Below are positions 26,182 through 36,300 of a stretch of 64,000 bases of DNA, piece by piece; the stretch's first letter is position 1, and each line of letters starts with the position of its first letter. Where the stretch lies: assembly GCA_015490675.1 (NCBI GenBank), contig WFXI01000320.1:25640-89639 (forward strand), in the 5' to 3' direction. The notes beneath the pieces were generated by a model. It was not told where the DNA came from, did no database searches, and saw nothing but the letters and a program-made list of their open reading frames with translations. The position numbers were made by a program, and so were the translations under genes. The stretch comes from Hydrogenothermaceae bacterium. GTDB lineage: Bacteria > Aquificota > Aquificia > Aquificales > Hydrogenothermaceae.

Positions 26182-28695
26182 TTAACCATATTCTTCCACA
26201 CATTCTTTTATAGCTTTAATAACATCTCCTTTGTATTTTTTTAACTTCTCTTTTCTTATAGCAACCTCTTTTGCTGAAGATGTATAAAGCCAATATATAT
26301 TCCTATCAACAATTAAACGTCCAACACCATTACCTAGAGGAGTAATAAAATAAATTTCAGAATATTTACCTGGAACTGTAGTTACAGTCCTTAAAATATT
26401 AAATTCAAATTTTTGAAGATCAACTGATCCCTCCCTTTCAAAAGCATTAATAGACTCTCCTGTCTGCTTTAAGAAAAACTTATGAGCTGCTTGATTTAAA
26501 ATATCTGCAAGAGCAGGATTTAGAAAATAATCAGAAATATTTTGAGTTATTGTTCCCATAGATGCCCCATGCTTCCTCCAAGTCTTATAAGCAAGTCTTA
26601 CAAAGTCCACAACTACCTCATTATTTACATATTTCCAAAACTCGTCTATCATAGCAATTTTCTTTTTTGTTCTATCATCCTTAACAATAACATCATTTGT
26701 AATTAAATAAAGGAACATCATAAGCATTATTTGTCTCAAATGTTCTCTTCCTTCTAATCCTTTTAACTCAAGAACTGTCAACTTATTTGAAATATCAACA
26801 GTAGTCCTTCCATTAACATATTGACCAAATACACCATCAGATTTCCAAGCTTCCAAGCCTAATCTCAAAGAATTTATAGATTCCTTTAACATAGGACTAT
26901 CTTCTTCATTTTTAAACTCTGATAAAACATCATATATAGTATCAACACAAGTCTTACTTCCCTCTCTGCTATAAGCCACTCTTATAGCTCTCATCAATAT
27001 ATTAGATTCATTGTCACTTAAAGCCCCTGTACTTTTAGCCATTCTTCCATAAATCTTAGTTAAAAACTCAAGTGAACCTTCTATATCAGAAATTATGTCA
27101 AAAGGATTTATAGTAATATCTGCATCAGGGGTAAAATCTATATAATTTCCATTGAAAAGTTGACATATGGTTTCATAACTACCACCAATATCTATTATCC
27201 AAATATTAGATACATCTGGAAGAGAATAATATCCAGAAATTATATGATTAGCTAAAAAAGACTTTCCTGCCCCTGTTCTAGCAACAATAACAAAATTATA
27301 TCCATCAGCTGGAGTATCAAAAAGATTATAGGACATTATCTGGCCTCTCCTGGAAATAAAATACAATACAGCTGTTCCAGTACCTTTCCAATCTGAAGAA
27401 TATGGAGTTAAATGAGCTGCATTATAATCAAACATAGTCCTATAACGCTTAAAAATTTTTAAATCTATATCCTTTTCAGAATTCAAAGGCAAAGCCTGCA
27501 AGAATTGCACTAGATTACCTTGACCTGTTTCTCTTTGAAGTTCAAAATTATTCGCACTAGAACCTATCGCTTCTAATTTTCTTTCTTGAACTTTTAAATT
27601 TTTTCTATCTTTTGTATACAACCACCATACAAGACTAGCACGAACTAACTTTTGTCTTACCATCATATCATTTATAAATGCAGCCTCTTCTTGTCTTTTC
27701 TTTAATTTTGGAAAAGCAGAAGTCCCAAACTTTTGTTTTAGAATCTTTTCATGTTTCTTAGACAGATCCTCATATATGTTATGATGCCCATCAAATCTAA
27801 CGGAAAAAGATAGAAAAAATGGACATTCTATTTGGTCCAAAGGTTTCAAAACACTACCAATAAAATCAAATGTATCTTCAAAAGTAAAATCCTCGGGAAA
27901 TTCTTTTATTGTATAAGCACTACAATAGTGTCTATCTAAATAAACCAAATCATTTTGAACTTCTAAAGAACTATCAGACATCATAATTTGCTTACTAAAT
28001 TTTCTTGTAGGAGAATACTTAGGTACTAATCTCTTATTATGATTAGGATTTAAAAGCATATAATATAAAGCCAATAAATCTTGATCATTCATCTTCCTAG
28101 GAAAAAACTTCACAGCTTCTATTCGTGAATAAAAATCTTCAAAATGATTTTCATTATCCCTATAAAAAGCTATTAACTGACTATCATCTTCTATATCCAC
28201 ATTCATCGGAACTGGAATTCTAAAGGAGATAAAAAACTTAAAGTCTCTAATAGGAACTTTGGCAGCAGAATTAGGACCCTTTTTTCTATTGGACAATATA
28301 AAATTTGCAGAAAATTCAGCCCAAAAGTTACCTTTTTCTCTTAATCTAATCAAAGCATCAGAAAAAGGTTCTAAAAAGTCACTTGCCCAAATAAAAAAGT
28401 TAATCTCTGAACCTAAAGGATAATTAACCCCAAAAAAAGAGGTTAACTGAGAATGCATATCTCCAGAAGGGTTTGTATGTTGGAAACATTCATAAATAAC
28501 CCCTATATAACCATTTTTCATAACAAAAATTCCAACATCTTCAATATATCTATCAATATTTATATAATCAGATAAAGAAACCCTATCAAAACCCTGTGTA
28601 AATATATTCACATCCAAAGGAGCTAAACTCCCTAAAGAACCCTTATATAAAACCAAATCACCTATACTTCTAGTTATCTTAGAAACTAACCCCAA
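26182..28695 (-). CDS. traC: VirB4-family ATPase TraC
   Basis: ISRRGQ, ARTGAGKSF Walker A, IIDIGGSY, MIDEFW, WRKHG, ITQ, KYSEIY. Confidence 0.93.
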   Translation of the reverse strand: MGLVSKITRSIGDLVLYKGSLGSLAPLDVNIFTQGFDRVSLSDYINIDRYIEDVGIFVMKNGYIGVIYECFQHTNPSGDMHSQLTSFFGVNYPLGSEINFFIWASDFLEPFSDALIRLREKGNFWAEFSANFILSNRKKGPNSAAKVPIRDFKFFISFRIPVPMNVDIEDDSQLIAFYRDNENHFEDFYSRIEAVKFFPRKMNDQDLLALYYMLLNPNHNKRLVPKYSPTRKFSKQIMMSDSSLEVQNDLVYLDRHYCSAYTIKEFPEDFTFEDTFDFIGSVLKPLDQIECPFFLSFSVRFDGHHNIYEDLSKKHEKILKQKFGTSAFPKLKKRQEEAAFINDMMVRQKLVRASLVWWLYTKDRKNLKVQERKLEAIGSSANNFELQRETGQGNLVQFLQALPLNSEKDIDLKIFKRYRTMFDYNAAHLTPYSSDWKGTGTAVLYFISRRGQIMSYNLFDTPADGYNFVIVARTGAGKSFLANHIISGYYSLPDVSNIWIIDIGGSYETICQLFNGNYIDFTPDADITINPFDIISDIEGSLEFLTKIYGRMAKSTGALSDNESNILMRAIRVAYSREGSKTCVDTIYDVLSEFKNEEDSPMLKESINSLRLGLEAWKSDGVFGQYVNGRTTVDISNKLTVLELKGLEGREHLRQIMLMMFLYLITNDVIVKDDRTKKKIAMIDEFWKYVNNEVVVDFVRLAYKTWRKHGASMGTITQNISDYFLNPALADILNQAAHKFFLKQTGESINAFEREGSVDLQKFEFNILRTVTTVPGKYSEIYFITPLGNGVGRLIVDRNIYWLYTSSAKEVAIRKEKLKKYKGDVIKAIKECVEEYG

Positions 28696-28697
28696 AA

Positions 28698-29723
28698 CTA
28701 AACCTCCCAGTGAACTTCGAAATCTCTATATGTATCTTTCAAATTCACATCAAAAGGTAAATTAAATGGTAAACATGAAACCCCATAGAAAAAAGACAAA
28801 TTCTTCTGCTCCCTTTGAAAATTAACTTTATACTTATTAGATCTACTAACCAATTCCAAAGAAACAAATCCTTCCAAATCTGAAAAATCAACACACTCAC
28901 AAAGTTCATTTTTCTTAAAAAGCCTACTATTGCTAAATGACCTTAATCCATCAACAAATTTCAACAATAAAAAAGAAACCATTCTCACCTTAAATTTATC
29001 CTCATATTTAAGCAAAAAAGTATTAGTCGAAATAAGCTTACAATTTAAAGGACTTTTGAAATCTCGGACATCAAAAGGTTTACACATTAAAGTATTTTTC
29101 AAGGAATCTTCATATGTTGATTTAATAGAATAAACAAAAAATAAATCCTTATCAGAATAAAAAAGCTCATCCCTTAATACTATCTTAGGAGAATAAAAAC
29201 AAGTAGAAATAGGATTATTTCCATCATATTGGTCAGATAATACATACCATGATATATTATCTACATACTTAAGTAAATAATCTGTAGAAACCTTAGTATA
29301 AAAAATACCAAATTCATTAAATTTATCTTCTAATATATCTCTAGCCTTGAGAAATTTATTAAAATTAGATTCTATGTCTAAAGGTTCAATAGACATTTTC
29401 TTAACTACCCAAAAAAGAATCTTCTCATCTAAACTTTCTATCTCAGTAGTAAAACTAAAACCTATATAATCAAAAACCCCTAAAAATTTACATCCTGACA
29501 AAAATTCCACAAATTCTTCCCAATCATCTTGAGAAATTTTGTACAATAAGGAATAAGAACCATCTTTAGATATATAAACATTTTCTTCTTCATTAATTAA
29601 ATAAAATAAATAAGAAGACACAAAATCTTTTGGCAATTTATATACATATGGTAGTATTAATGGATTAAATAAATCATAAATAAAATCCTTAATTTTTTCT
29701 TTACCTTTTTCTAAAACACTCAT
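28698..29723 (-). CDS. TraC N-terminal-domain paralogue lacking the ATPase
   Basis: Three segments align by eye, in order, with the N-terminal half of the adjacent TraC; no Walker motifs. Confidence 0.5.
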   Translation of the reverse strand: MSVLEKGKEKIKDFIYDLFNPLILPYVYKLPKDFVSSYLFYLINEEENVYISKDGSYSLLYKISQDDWEEFVEFLSGCKFLGVFDYIGFSFTTEIESLDEKILFWVVKKMSIEPLDIESNFNKFLKARDILEDKFNEFGIFYTKVSTDYLLKYVDNISWYVLSDQYDGNNPISTCFYSPKIVLRDELFYSDKDLFFVYSIKSTYEDSLKNTLMCKPFDVRDFKSPLNCKLISTNTFLLKYEDKFKVRMVSFLLLKFVDGLRSFSNSRLFKKNELCECVDFSDLEGFVSLELVSRSNKYKVNFQREQKNLSFFYGVSCLPFNLPFDVNLKDTYRDFEVHWEV

Positions 29724-29727
29724 GTTC

Positions 29728-30234
29728 CTATCTCTCTAAAATAGTAAAACCTTTACCATATTCACCACTAGAAGGAGAATTAAAATCTCCTACAACCCAT
29801 CTAGATTTTCTTATTTCTGTATAAATATAATTAGGTCCATGAAAGTTCCCATTATTATCTATATAAGGATAAATTAATATTCTTATAACCTTAGCAGGTA
29901 CAATAACAGGCGTAGGAGGAAGTGAAACCATTGATGTTTCCAATTCCCTTTTATCTAAATGTTTCTTTAAATCCCTTTCAAGTTTATCAGCATCTACTTT
30001 AACCAAAACTTCCGAACTTTTTGAACCCAAAGCCCTATCATACTTTTCTATTTTCTTCTTATTAACAACTTTTTCCTTTTCGCTATTTTTTACATAATCT
30101 TTTATATATTCAATATTTTTCTTATATTCTTTTTTCTCTAAAGATGATGTTGTTTTACTATCCTTAGCACAAGAAGAAACCATAATTCCTAAAAAAACAA
30201 AAACCCCTAACATTAAAAATATTCTCAAAACCAT
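29728..30234 (-). CDS. traV: TraV lipoprotein (C-terminal TraV motif)
   Basis: Lipobox VSSC; PVIVPAKVIRILIYPYIDNNGNFH...RW. Confidence 0.8.
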   Translation of the reverse strand: MVLRIFLMLGVFVFLGIMVSSCAKDSKTTSSLEKKEYKKNIEYIKDYVKNSEKEKVVNKKKIEKYDRALGSKSSEVLVKVDADKLERDLKKHLDKRELETSMVSLPPTPVIVPAKVIRILIYPYIDNNGNFHGPNYIYTEIRKSRWVVGDFNSPSSGEYGKGFTILER

Positions 30235-30237
30235 TAA

Positions 30238-30543
30238 CTAATTCCTCCCAAAATACTTCTCCGAATATCTATCCTGAAAATCTTTAGATTCCTCTCTATC
30301 TTCAACTTTCTTTTTATAACTTTCTACATCACAATTATCACAAGGGACTCCCGGCTCAAGTTTTACGGGAGTCTTATATTCAACTTCCAAATTCAAAGTA
30401 TGATGATAAACATCTGAAATAGAACCACAATATCCACCTTCTTTACCTATCTTACATAAGGGTTCCTCTTCATAAGGTAATAAAAAAGCACAACTAGAAA
30501 CTATCAACGACGAAAAAATAACAAAAGAAAATCTAACTATCAT
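30238..30543 (-). CDS. Lipoprotein carrying the N-terminal TraV Cys motif
   Basis: Lipobox VSSC; CKIGKEGGYCGSISDVY. Confidence 0.6.
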   Translation of the reverse strand: MIVRFSFVIFSSLIVSSCAFLLPYEEEPLCKIGKEGGYCGSISDVYHHTLNLEVEYKTPVKLEPGVPCDNCDVESYKKKVEDREESKDFQDRYSEKYFGRN

Positions 30544-32180
30544 TATCTAATCTCCTCTTTTATCTTAAAAACCTTATCTTCTGGAGAAAATGTATCACTT
30601 AAAACTCCACTCCTCTGTATAAAACCCCCATTATCCTTTAAATCTGTACTCATATCTATTGTTAAATTCTGTAAAAGAACTACATCCCCTTGACGTCCTG
30701 CATTAACCTCAATAACAGGGAATATCTGATCTGCTAACCTTAAATAATATTCAGCTAAACTTTTAGCAGCTCCTGCAAATCCACTATACAATGCAGCTTT
30801 TGTAGCATCTTCAGGATTTATCGTAGTTACCGTACCTAACCCTGAGGTAGCTATAGTTTGAGATTGTAAAGTTAAAATATTACCTGCACTCTCAACAAAC
30901 TTAGCTAATAGTACCCTACCCAGTTGTGCCCCTGCTTTAGAGACAACCCTTCCTATAAGACCATATTTTCCATCTTCACCTGCAATAAAAGCGGTTATAC
31001 TCTTTTCTATAACCTTACCTGTCCTAGTTACACATGAAATTTTCGTAAATCTCATAATAACTCTCTCACTAGAAAGTTCCCCTGTAGCTGCTCCTACAAC
31101 AAAGCAACCTTTCATATCAGCGAAAAACCTATTTGGTAATACTGAATCAGTCAAAACCCTAGCTATTACAGGATAAGGACTAGCTTTACCTCCCATTCCT
31201 GTAGGTGCATCTACTCCGTTCAGCAAAACAACCTTAAAAAAAGACCCCGCAGGAATAGTAAACTTCATAGATTTTTTCTCATCTCTATTCATAACAACAT
31301 TACTATCTTTATTAGAATCCTTTTTATCCTCTAGAGAAACACTTTTAGAAGTTTCTTCCAATAGATCTTCGGAGGAATTTTTCATATTACTATTACTATC
31401 CTTACCAACAATAGTATTTGTTGTATAAACAGTATTCATTAATTTTCCTGAACGAGAAAAAGATCCTGATTGAAAAGGAGAATCCACTAAAATAATCTTA
31501 TATTTGTCTTGCTTTTGTTTACTATCATTACCTCCCAAATTAAAGGACCCCGAAAATCCTTGGGGTGATGATCCAGAAAAAGTCTGCGAAACATCTCCTG
31601 GAGGAGGCAAAGGAGGTAACTGAGTCGAATTTACCTTAACATTAACATCACTAACATTAGTAGAATTATCATTACGACTAGATGATGGTATTGAAGAAGT
31701 ATTAACATTATTTTGTGTATTAAACTCTTTTCTAGTACCATTAGCATTTAAAAGGCTTTTCCGTTGATTTTTTAATTCTTCTACTTCTCTCTTTAAAGAA
31801 TAAATTGCAGTATTTTCCTCCACAGTCTCATCTTCTTGAGGCATTTCCATCTTTATTTCTTTATTTATCTCTGCCCTTTCAGGAGGCTTACGAGAAAAAG
31901 AAGCAATATAAACTAAAAAAGAAAATAAAATTAATGCTATACCGCTAATTAAAATTATTTTCTTATTTCTATCTCTTATATCAGAATTCTTTGGGCTTAT
32001 ATGATCAGAAGTAGGTTTATCATCAAATGAAAAATCTATATTACCGTCGTTACCATCATTATTATGATATTCTTTCGGAGTACCTTCATCATTATAATTT
32101 GACTCATTATTATCTAATTTTTTATTACTGCCATTTTCATCACTAGCATCATCCATTCCAGGAATATCCTTCCAAGACAT
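30543..32180 (-). CDS. traB: TraB (VirB10-like)
   Basis: IPAGSF..VLLNGVDAP, LPN, GCFVVG..GELSSER, GEDGK.G..GRVVS, PVIEVNAGR. Confidence 0.93.
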   Translation of the reverse strand: MSWKDIPGMDDASDENGSNKKLDNNESNYNDEGTPKEYHNNDGNDGNIDFSFDDKPTSDHISPKNSDIRDRNKKIILISGIALILFSFLVYIASFSRKPPERAEINKEIKMEMPQEDETVEENTAIYSLKREVEELKNQRKSLLNANGTRKEFNTQNNVNTSSIPSSSRNDNSTNVSDVNVKVNSTQLPPLPPPGDVSQTFSGSSPQGFSGSFNLGGNDSKQKQDKYKIILVDSPFQSGSFSRSGKLMNTVYTTNTIVGKDSNSNMKNSSEDLLEETSKSVSLEDKKDSNKDSNVVMNRDEKKSMKFTIPAGSFFKVVLLNGVDAPTGMGGKASPYPVIARVLTDSVLPNRFFADMKGCFVVGAATGELSSERVIMRFTKISCVTRTGKVIEKSITAFIAGEDGKYGLIGRVVSKAGAQLGRVLLAKFVESAGNILTLQSQTIATSGLGTVTTINPEDATKAALYSGFAGAAKSLAEYYLRLADQIFPVIEVNAGRQGDVVLLQNLTIDMSTDLKDNGGFIQRSGVLSDTFSPEDKVFKIKEEIR

Positions 32181-33163
32181 TATTTAACCTCCTTGGTATC
32201 ACTCAATTTAAAAACAATAATTGGATTTTTTGCAGCTTCTACTATAACTATACTTGTAGCTTCACCCTTTCTTAAAGTTAAATCAGAAATCGATATAGCC
32301 AAAGGTTTCCTTGATAAATAAGCAAAATCTATCTCTCTAAGAGGTTTACTTATATCTTGAGAAGCTATAAAACTGTAAAGATACGCTCTATATGTAGGAC
32401 CTTCAAAAATCTTACTTAAAACTAAGGAACCTTGCTTAAACTTATCCACAAATTCCAAATTCTTATATTCAGAGTATCCTGGTACAAATCCCTTTTTCAT
32501 AATGCTTTTAACTATAACTAACAATGTTTCTTCATAAGAATTCATACTCTTTTCAAAATCTAAAGCTTTTTTTCTATCTCCCTTTTGCAATAAAGAAATC
32601 TTCTTAATAGGCTTATTTGATACATGCTTATTCACAGAATTCAAAGTACTAATATTAGAATTATTAGAATTGTTTTTATCTTGTCTAGGAATAGCGCTCC
32701 TTATATAAATTGTCCTTGCAGGAATATTCATAGGCTTTAATATAAACGTATAAAGATTATTTCCACATTTTAAATATAACTCTTTTGGAGAATCATTATA
32801 AATAAACCTTTCCTCAGCAGTAGACTCATTAACTAAAATTTTAGGCTTTATCTTTAAAAACATATTTCTTTTTATTTCATTTTCTTTTGTTTCTGAAAAA
32901 GATATTGCTAAATACTTCTCAGCACTAGTTTGATAATATGTAATACCATCTGGACAATAAATTCGATTTATATCTGTCTTCGATATATTTATAATCTTAT
33001 AATCATCTTCTGGGAAAACCTCATGATATTTTTGGGATACTATTTCCTTTATCTTCTGTTCAACAACTTCCTTAGAATTCTCTTCTGCAAAAGAAAGTCC
33101 CAATACAAGTAATAAACCAAAAAGATAACAAAAACTAGAAAAGTTAAATTTTATCAAGCTCAT
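32180..33163 (-). CDS. traK: TraK (secretin-like core component)
   Basis: Signal peptide; ISKTDINRI; YTFILKP..IPARTI; synteny traE-traK-traB. Confidence 0.8.
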   Translation of the reverse strand: MSLIKFNFSSFCYLFGLLLVLGLSFAEENSKEVVEQKIKEIVSQKYHEVFPEDDYKIINISKTDINRIYCPDGITYYQTSAEKYLAISFSETKENEIKRNMFLKIKPKILVNESTAEERFIYNDSPKELYLKCGNNLYTFILKPMNIPARTIYIRSAIPRQDKNNSNNSNISTLNSVNKHVSNKPIKKISLLQKGDRKKALDFEKSMNSYEETLLVIVKSIMKKGFVPGYSEYKNLEFVDKFKQGSLVLSKIFEGPTYRAYLYSFIASQDISKPLREIDFAYLSRKPLAISISDLTLRKGEATSIVIVEAAKNPIIVFKLSDTKEVK

Positions 33164-33701
33164 AACCTAATACCTCAAAATTTCCTAAATCTCCAACCCT
33201 ATAGTAAATTGTGTATCTAACAGGTAGAGTATCTATAAGCTTTCCTGACAAATATCTTCTAATAGTCCCTTCAACTACTATCTTATCTGTATAAACTTTG
33301 ATATTTCCATTAGTACCAAATTCTTGAGAAACTTCATACTTCTTCTCATTCTTTTCAATCTTTCTAAGCTTTTCTTCAACCAGATGATAATGGGATGAAG
33401 GAACTAAAGAAAGAAAATATTTAAATTGAGTTCCTATATTAGAGGGAGTATAACTCGACAATAAAGAAACTGCATAAAAACCCATAGACCTTAGATAAGC
33501 AACAGAAGGTTTAGAACCTAGAAATTCCAATTTATCTGTTACCTTGGGAGGTACTAAAACTACTAATTTATTATTAGATGACCTTACTAAATTAATAGCT
33601 AAAAAAATGTTCACTAAAGAAAGAACAATAACTAAAAATAACAAAATAAAATTTTGACGAAGAATATTAAACCACTCTTCCTTATACCTTTTTATCCTCA
33701 T
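33144..33701 (-). CDS. traE: TraE
   Basis: Single TM, VVLVPP, YLRSM, YTPSN; synteny. Confidence 0.85.
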   Translation of the reverse strand: MRIKRYKEEWFNILRQNFILLFLVIVLSLVNIFLAINLVRSSNNKLVVLVPPKVTDKLEFLGSKPSVAYLRSMGFYAVSLLSSYTPSNIGTQFKYFLSLVPSSHYHLVEEKLRKIEKNEKKYEVSQEFGTNGNIKVYTDKIVVEGTIRRYLSGKLIDTLPVRYTIYYRVGDLGNFEVLGYELDKI

Positions 33702-33709
33702 AATTAAAA

Positions 33710-33991
33710 CTACTCCATAAAAGTTCTAACATAACCAGGAACAGAAGTTTTTTCCTTTATAAGCCCCATAGAATAGAGAAAAATGAAAATAAAATTATTA
33801 GGAAATCTTTGTTTACCTTTCATATATAACTTCATCGAAAAAAAACTAAATAGCATTATAAGAGGATTTTTCAACGCTAAACCAATAACAATAAAAAAAG
33901 CTGGGAAAATAAGTTCATCTAACTCCCAGTCAAAGAATTGAACAAGCTTATCTGCTCCCTGAGGAAATCTAGAATATAGTTTCACAATCAT
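33710..33991 (-). CDS. traL: TraL
   Basis: RFPQ, FFDWELDE, hydrophobic core, LYSMG, P.YVRTF; ATG at 33991. Confidence 0.8.
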   Translation of the reverse strand: MIVKLYSRFPQGADKLVQFFDWELDELIFPAFFIVIGLALKNPLIMLFSFFSMKLYMKGKQRFPNNFIFIFLYSMGLIKEKTSVPGYVRTFME

Positions 33992-34094
33992 CCCCAAAAA
34001 AAAATTTTTAGCATAATATATAGCATTACTTCATATCATATCATATTTTTTTTAAAAATCAAATAAAATTTAAAATATTAAAACAAATATCCTA

Positions 34095-35402
34095 TTACTT
34101 GTTAAAAACATCATTAATATGTTCACTAAAACTATTATTCAAATCATTAACATTAATATTCTCTACAGCTTTCCTACTTATGGTTGCTTTATATTCAGAA
34201 AAATCAATCTTCCCAAAGTCTATATTTTGAAACTCTTCCGGAGTAAATCCCCTGCAATTAGGATTTCTAGGGGTCCCCCAACTTATACCTAGCTGAGCTC
34301 TTCCTTGCTCCTGAATAATTCTAGATAAAATAGATCCAAAACAGCAAAAAGTTTTCTTCTTTTGAATACAAACGCTTCCTCCTGGAAATTTAAACCTTTC
34401 TGCACAATACTCTCCAATATAATGACATTGAGATAAACCATCCTCAGAATTTCTAAGACCTGCCAAAACTACCTCATCAGAATTACACTTACCCAAATTA
34501 ACAAGCCCTAACAAGGTAATCTTATCTTTAGAGCAACAATTATTAAAAACTGTCTGTGTCCCAGGAGGTCTACATCTCCTATCGTTACCATTGAAAATAT
34601 ACACAGTTCCTAAACATCTACCGTTTTCATCAACCTCTCCATCATTCTTTCTATCATTAGCTCCTTGTATAGTATCATCAACAACCGTAGAAGTAGAAGC
34701 GTCAGCACAGCTATTAGGAGAACAATAATTTTTCCCATCAGATAAAGTCAAACAATCATAATTTCCAAGAGGACAAGTAAAATCACCTATATAACATTTT
34801 TTTGTTACTGGGTCATATGTTCCATCACTACAGATAGGATTTGCTTCACAAATATTCCTAATTGAGTTATATGTATAACCTTGAGGACATTCCTGACATA
34901 CATAACTATAATCAAAATTTACCCAGTTTCCACAAACTAACCTATAATTACCCCACCAACCTTGATAACATAACCTCGTTTGACCATTATTTACTTCTAC
35001 TTTCACACTGTCATAAGCTCCTGTTGAGTATGTAACTTTTGCATATGAGTAATCACTTTCACAAATATTAGCCCAGTTTCCCCACTTACCACCATAATTA
35101 ACTCTGAATTGTTTACCTTTTATTTCAAAAACTACTGAAGAGTATCCATATGGGGTAGTTATATATGAAACTCCACCAGTTTTTATATCTACCCAATTAC
35201 TGTAAGATAATCCATAGGCAGCATCTTTAATTACATATCTTACTTTTCTTCTATCATTTGATACTTCTATATAGTATTGATAATCTGATTTACAATTATA
35301 AGAACATATCTTTGATGTATAGGCTGTTCCACTACCTATACAAGAACTTAACAAATATCCAATGCCTATTAAAGCAAATATCTTAAAGAGGTTGAGCTTC
35401 AC
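34095..35402 (-). CDS. traN: TraN C-terminal-domain protein with lipoprotein signal
   Basis: IFNG..RCR, NCC, C..DEVVLA, CHYIGEYC, FCCFGSILSRIIQEQGRAQLG, PNCRGFTPEEFQNIDFGKIDFSE; GTG 35402 gives lipobox LSSC. Confidence 0.9.
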   Translation of the reverse strand: MKLNLFKIFALIGIGYLLSSCIGSGTAYTSKICSYNCKSDYQYYIEVSNDRRKVRYVIKDAAYGLSYSNWVDIKTGGVSYITTPYGYSSVVFEIKGKQFRVNYGGKWGNWANICESDYSYAKVTYSTGAYDSVKVEVNNGQTRLCYQGWWGNYRLVCGNWVNFDYSYVCQECPQGYTYNSIRNICEANPICSDGTYDPVTKKCYIGDFTCPLGNYDCLTLSDGKNYCSPNSCADASTSTVVDDTIQGANDRKNDGEVDENGRCLGTVYIFNGNDRRCRPPGTQTVFNNCCSKDKITLLGLVNLGKCNSDEVVLAGLRNSEDGLSQCHYIGEYCAERFKFPGGSVCIQKKKTFCCFGSILSRIIQEQGRAQLGISWGTPRNPNCRGFTPEEFQNIDFGKIDFSEYKATISRKAVENINVNDLNNSFSEHINDVFNK

Positions 35403-36267
35403 ATTTTCCAGTATTCGCATTAAAATTGCCTCCCTTCGGACAAATAGGGTTCTTATAAGTTGCAGAACATGCCACTCTACCTATTGGACAACTATAAACT
35501 GTCTGACCACTATTATTTTTTGCAATATTACACTCTCTAAAATTACTTCCATTTTCAGTACAAACATAACAAGGTGTTTGGCCATTACAAACATTATCTA
35601 TAAGATTTGTAGGGGATTGATTTCTATCAGAAGTAACCCCTACATTGACACAATCTAACGGACCATTCCACTGAACAATAGCATTCCTTTTTGGACTATA
35701 ATCCCCTCCATATAATTGATGATATCCTATATCATTCCATGTACCATTAGAAAGCATAACAACCCAATGTTCTCCTAAAACAGGAACTAATCCTATATCC
35801 TCATTTGCCACATAGTTATTAGGTTCTCCTGAAGAAAAATTATCATAAGATAAAGCAGACCCATCAACCCAAATAAATCGGCTTTTATCAATATAATTAA
35901 AAGATTGACTTCTTTGTGGATCATACAACCCAATCCATGCATCTAACTTATAAAATGCTAAAATACCAGCAAGCAAGGCATTCAAATCCTGATTTGATAC
36001 AACAGCTAGATTATTAAAATCTTCCCAAAAACCTACACTTTTAGATATTGCATAAGTTTTATTATTAAAATAAACAAAAGCTCGATAATTAGTTTTATCA
36101 CAAACTCCACTAGAATTAGATACTAAACTTACACTAGAACAGGTTGAACAAATATTTCTACATAGATTATCATCATCAAAAACAGCTCCATTATCAATAC
36201 AAATAGATGCTGCATTAGAAATACCAAAATAAAAAAGAAAAATTAAAAAAAATGTTTTCTTTAACAT
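35383..36267 (-). CDS. Exported C-type lectin domain protein with TraN-like Cys repeats
   Basis: Signal peptide; AWIGLYD, FIWVDGS..YDNF..GEPNN, GTWND; C-terminal CPKGGNFNANTGKC. Confidence 0.8.
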   Translation of the reverse strand: MLKKTFFLIFLFYFGISNAASICIDNGAVFDDDNLCRNICSTCSSVSLVSNSSGVCDKTNYRAFVYFNNKTYAISKSVGFWEDFNNLAVVSNQDLNALLAGILAFYKLDAWIGLYDPQRSQSFNYIDKSRFIWVDGSALSYDNFSSGEPNNYVANEDIGLVPVLGEHWVVMLSNGTWNDIGYHQLYGGDYSPKRNAIVQWNGPLDCVNVGVTSDRNQSPTNLIDNVCNGQTPCYVCTENGSNFRECNIAKNNSGQTVYSCPIGRVACSATYKNPICPKGGNFNANTGKCEAQPL

Positions 36268-36300
36268 AATACATCTCCCTTAAAATCCAGTATTAAAATA

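Noticed and set aside
35383-35420. Frameshift fusing the lectin ORF to traN
   Set aside because: The downstream ORF has its own start and lipoprotein signal, so two genes is the simpler reading
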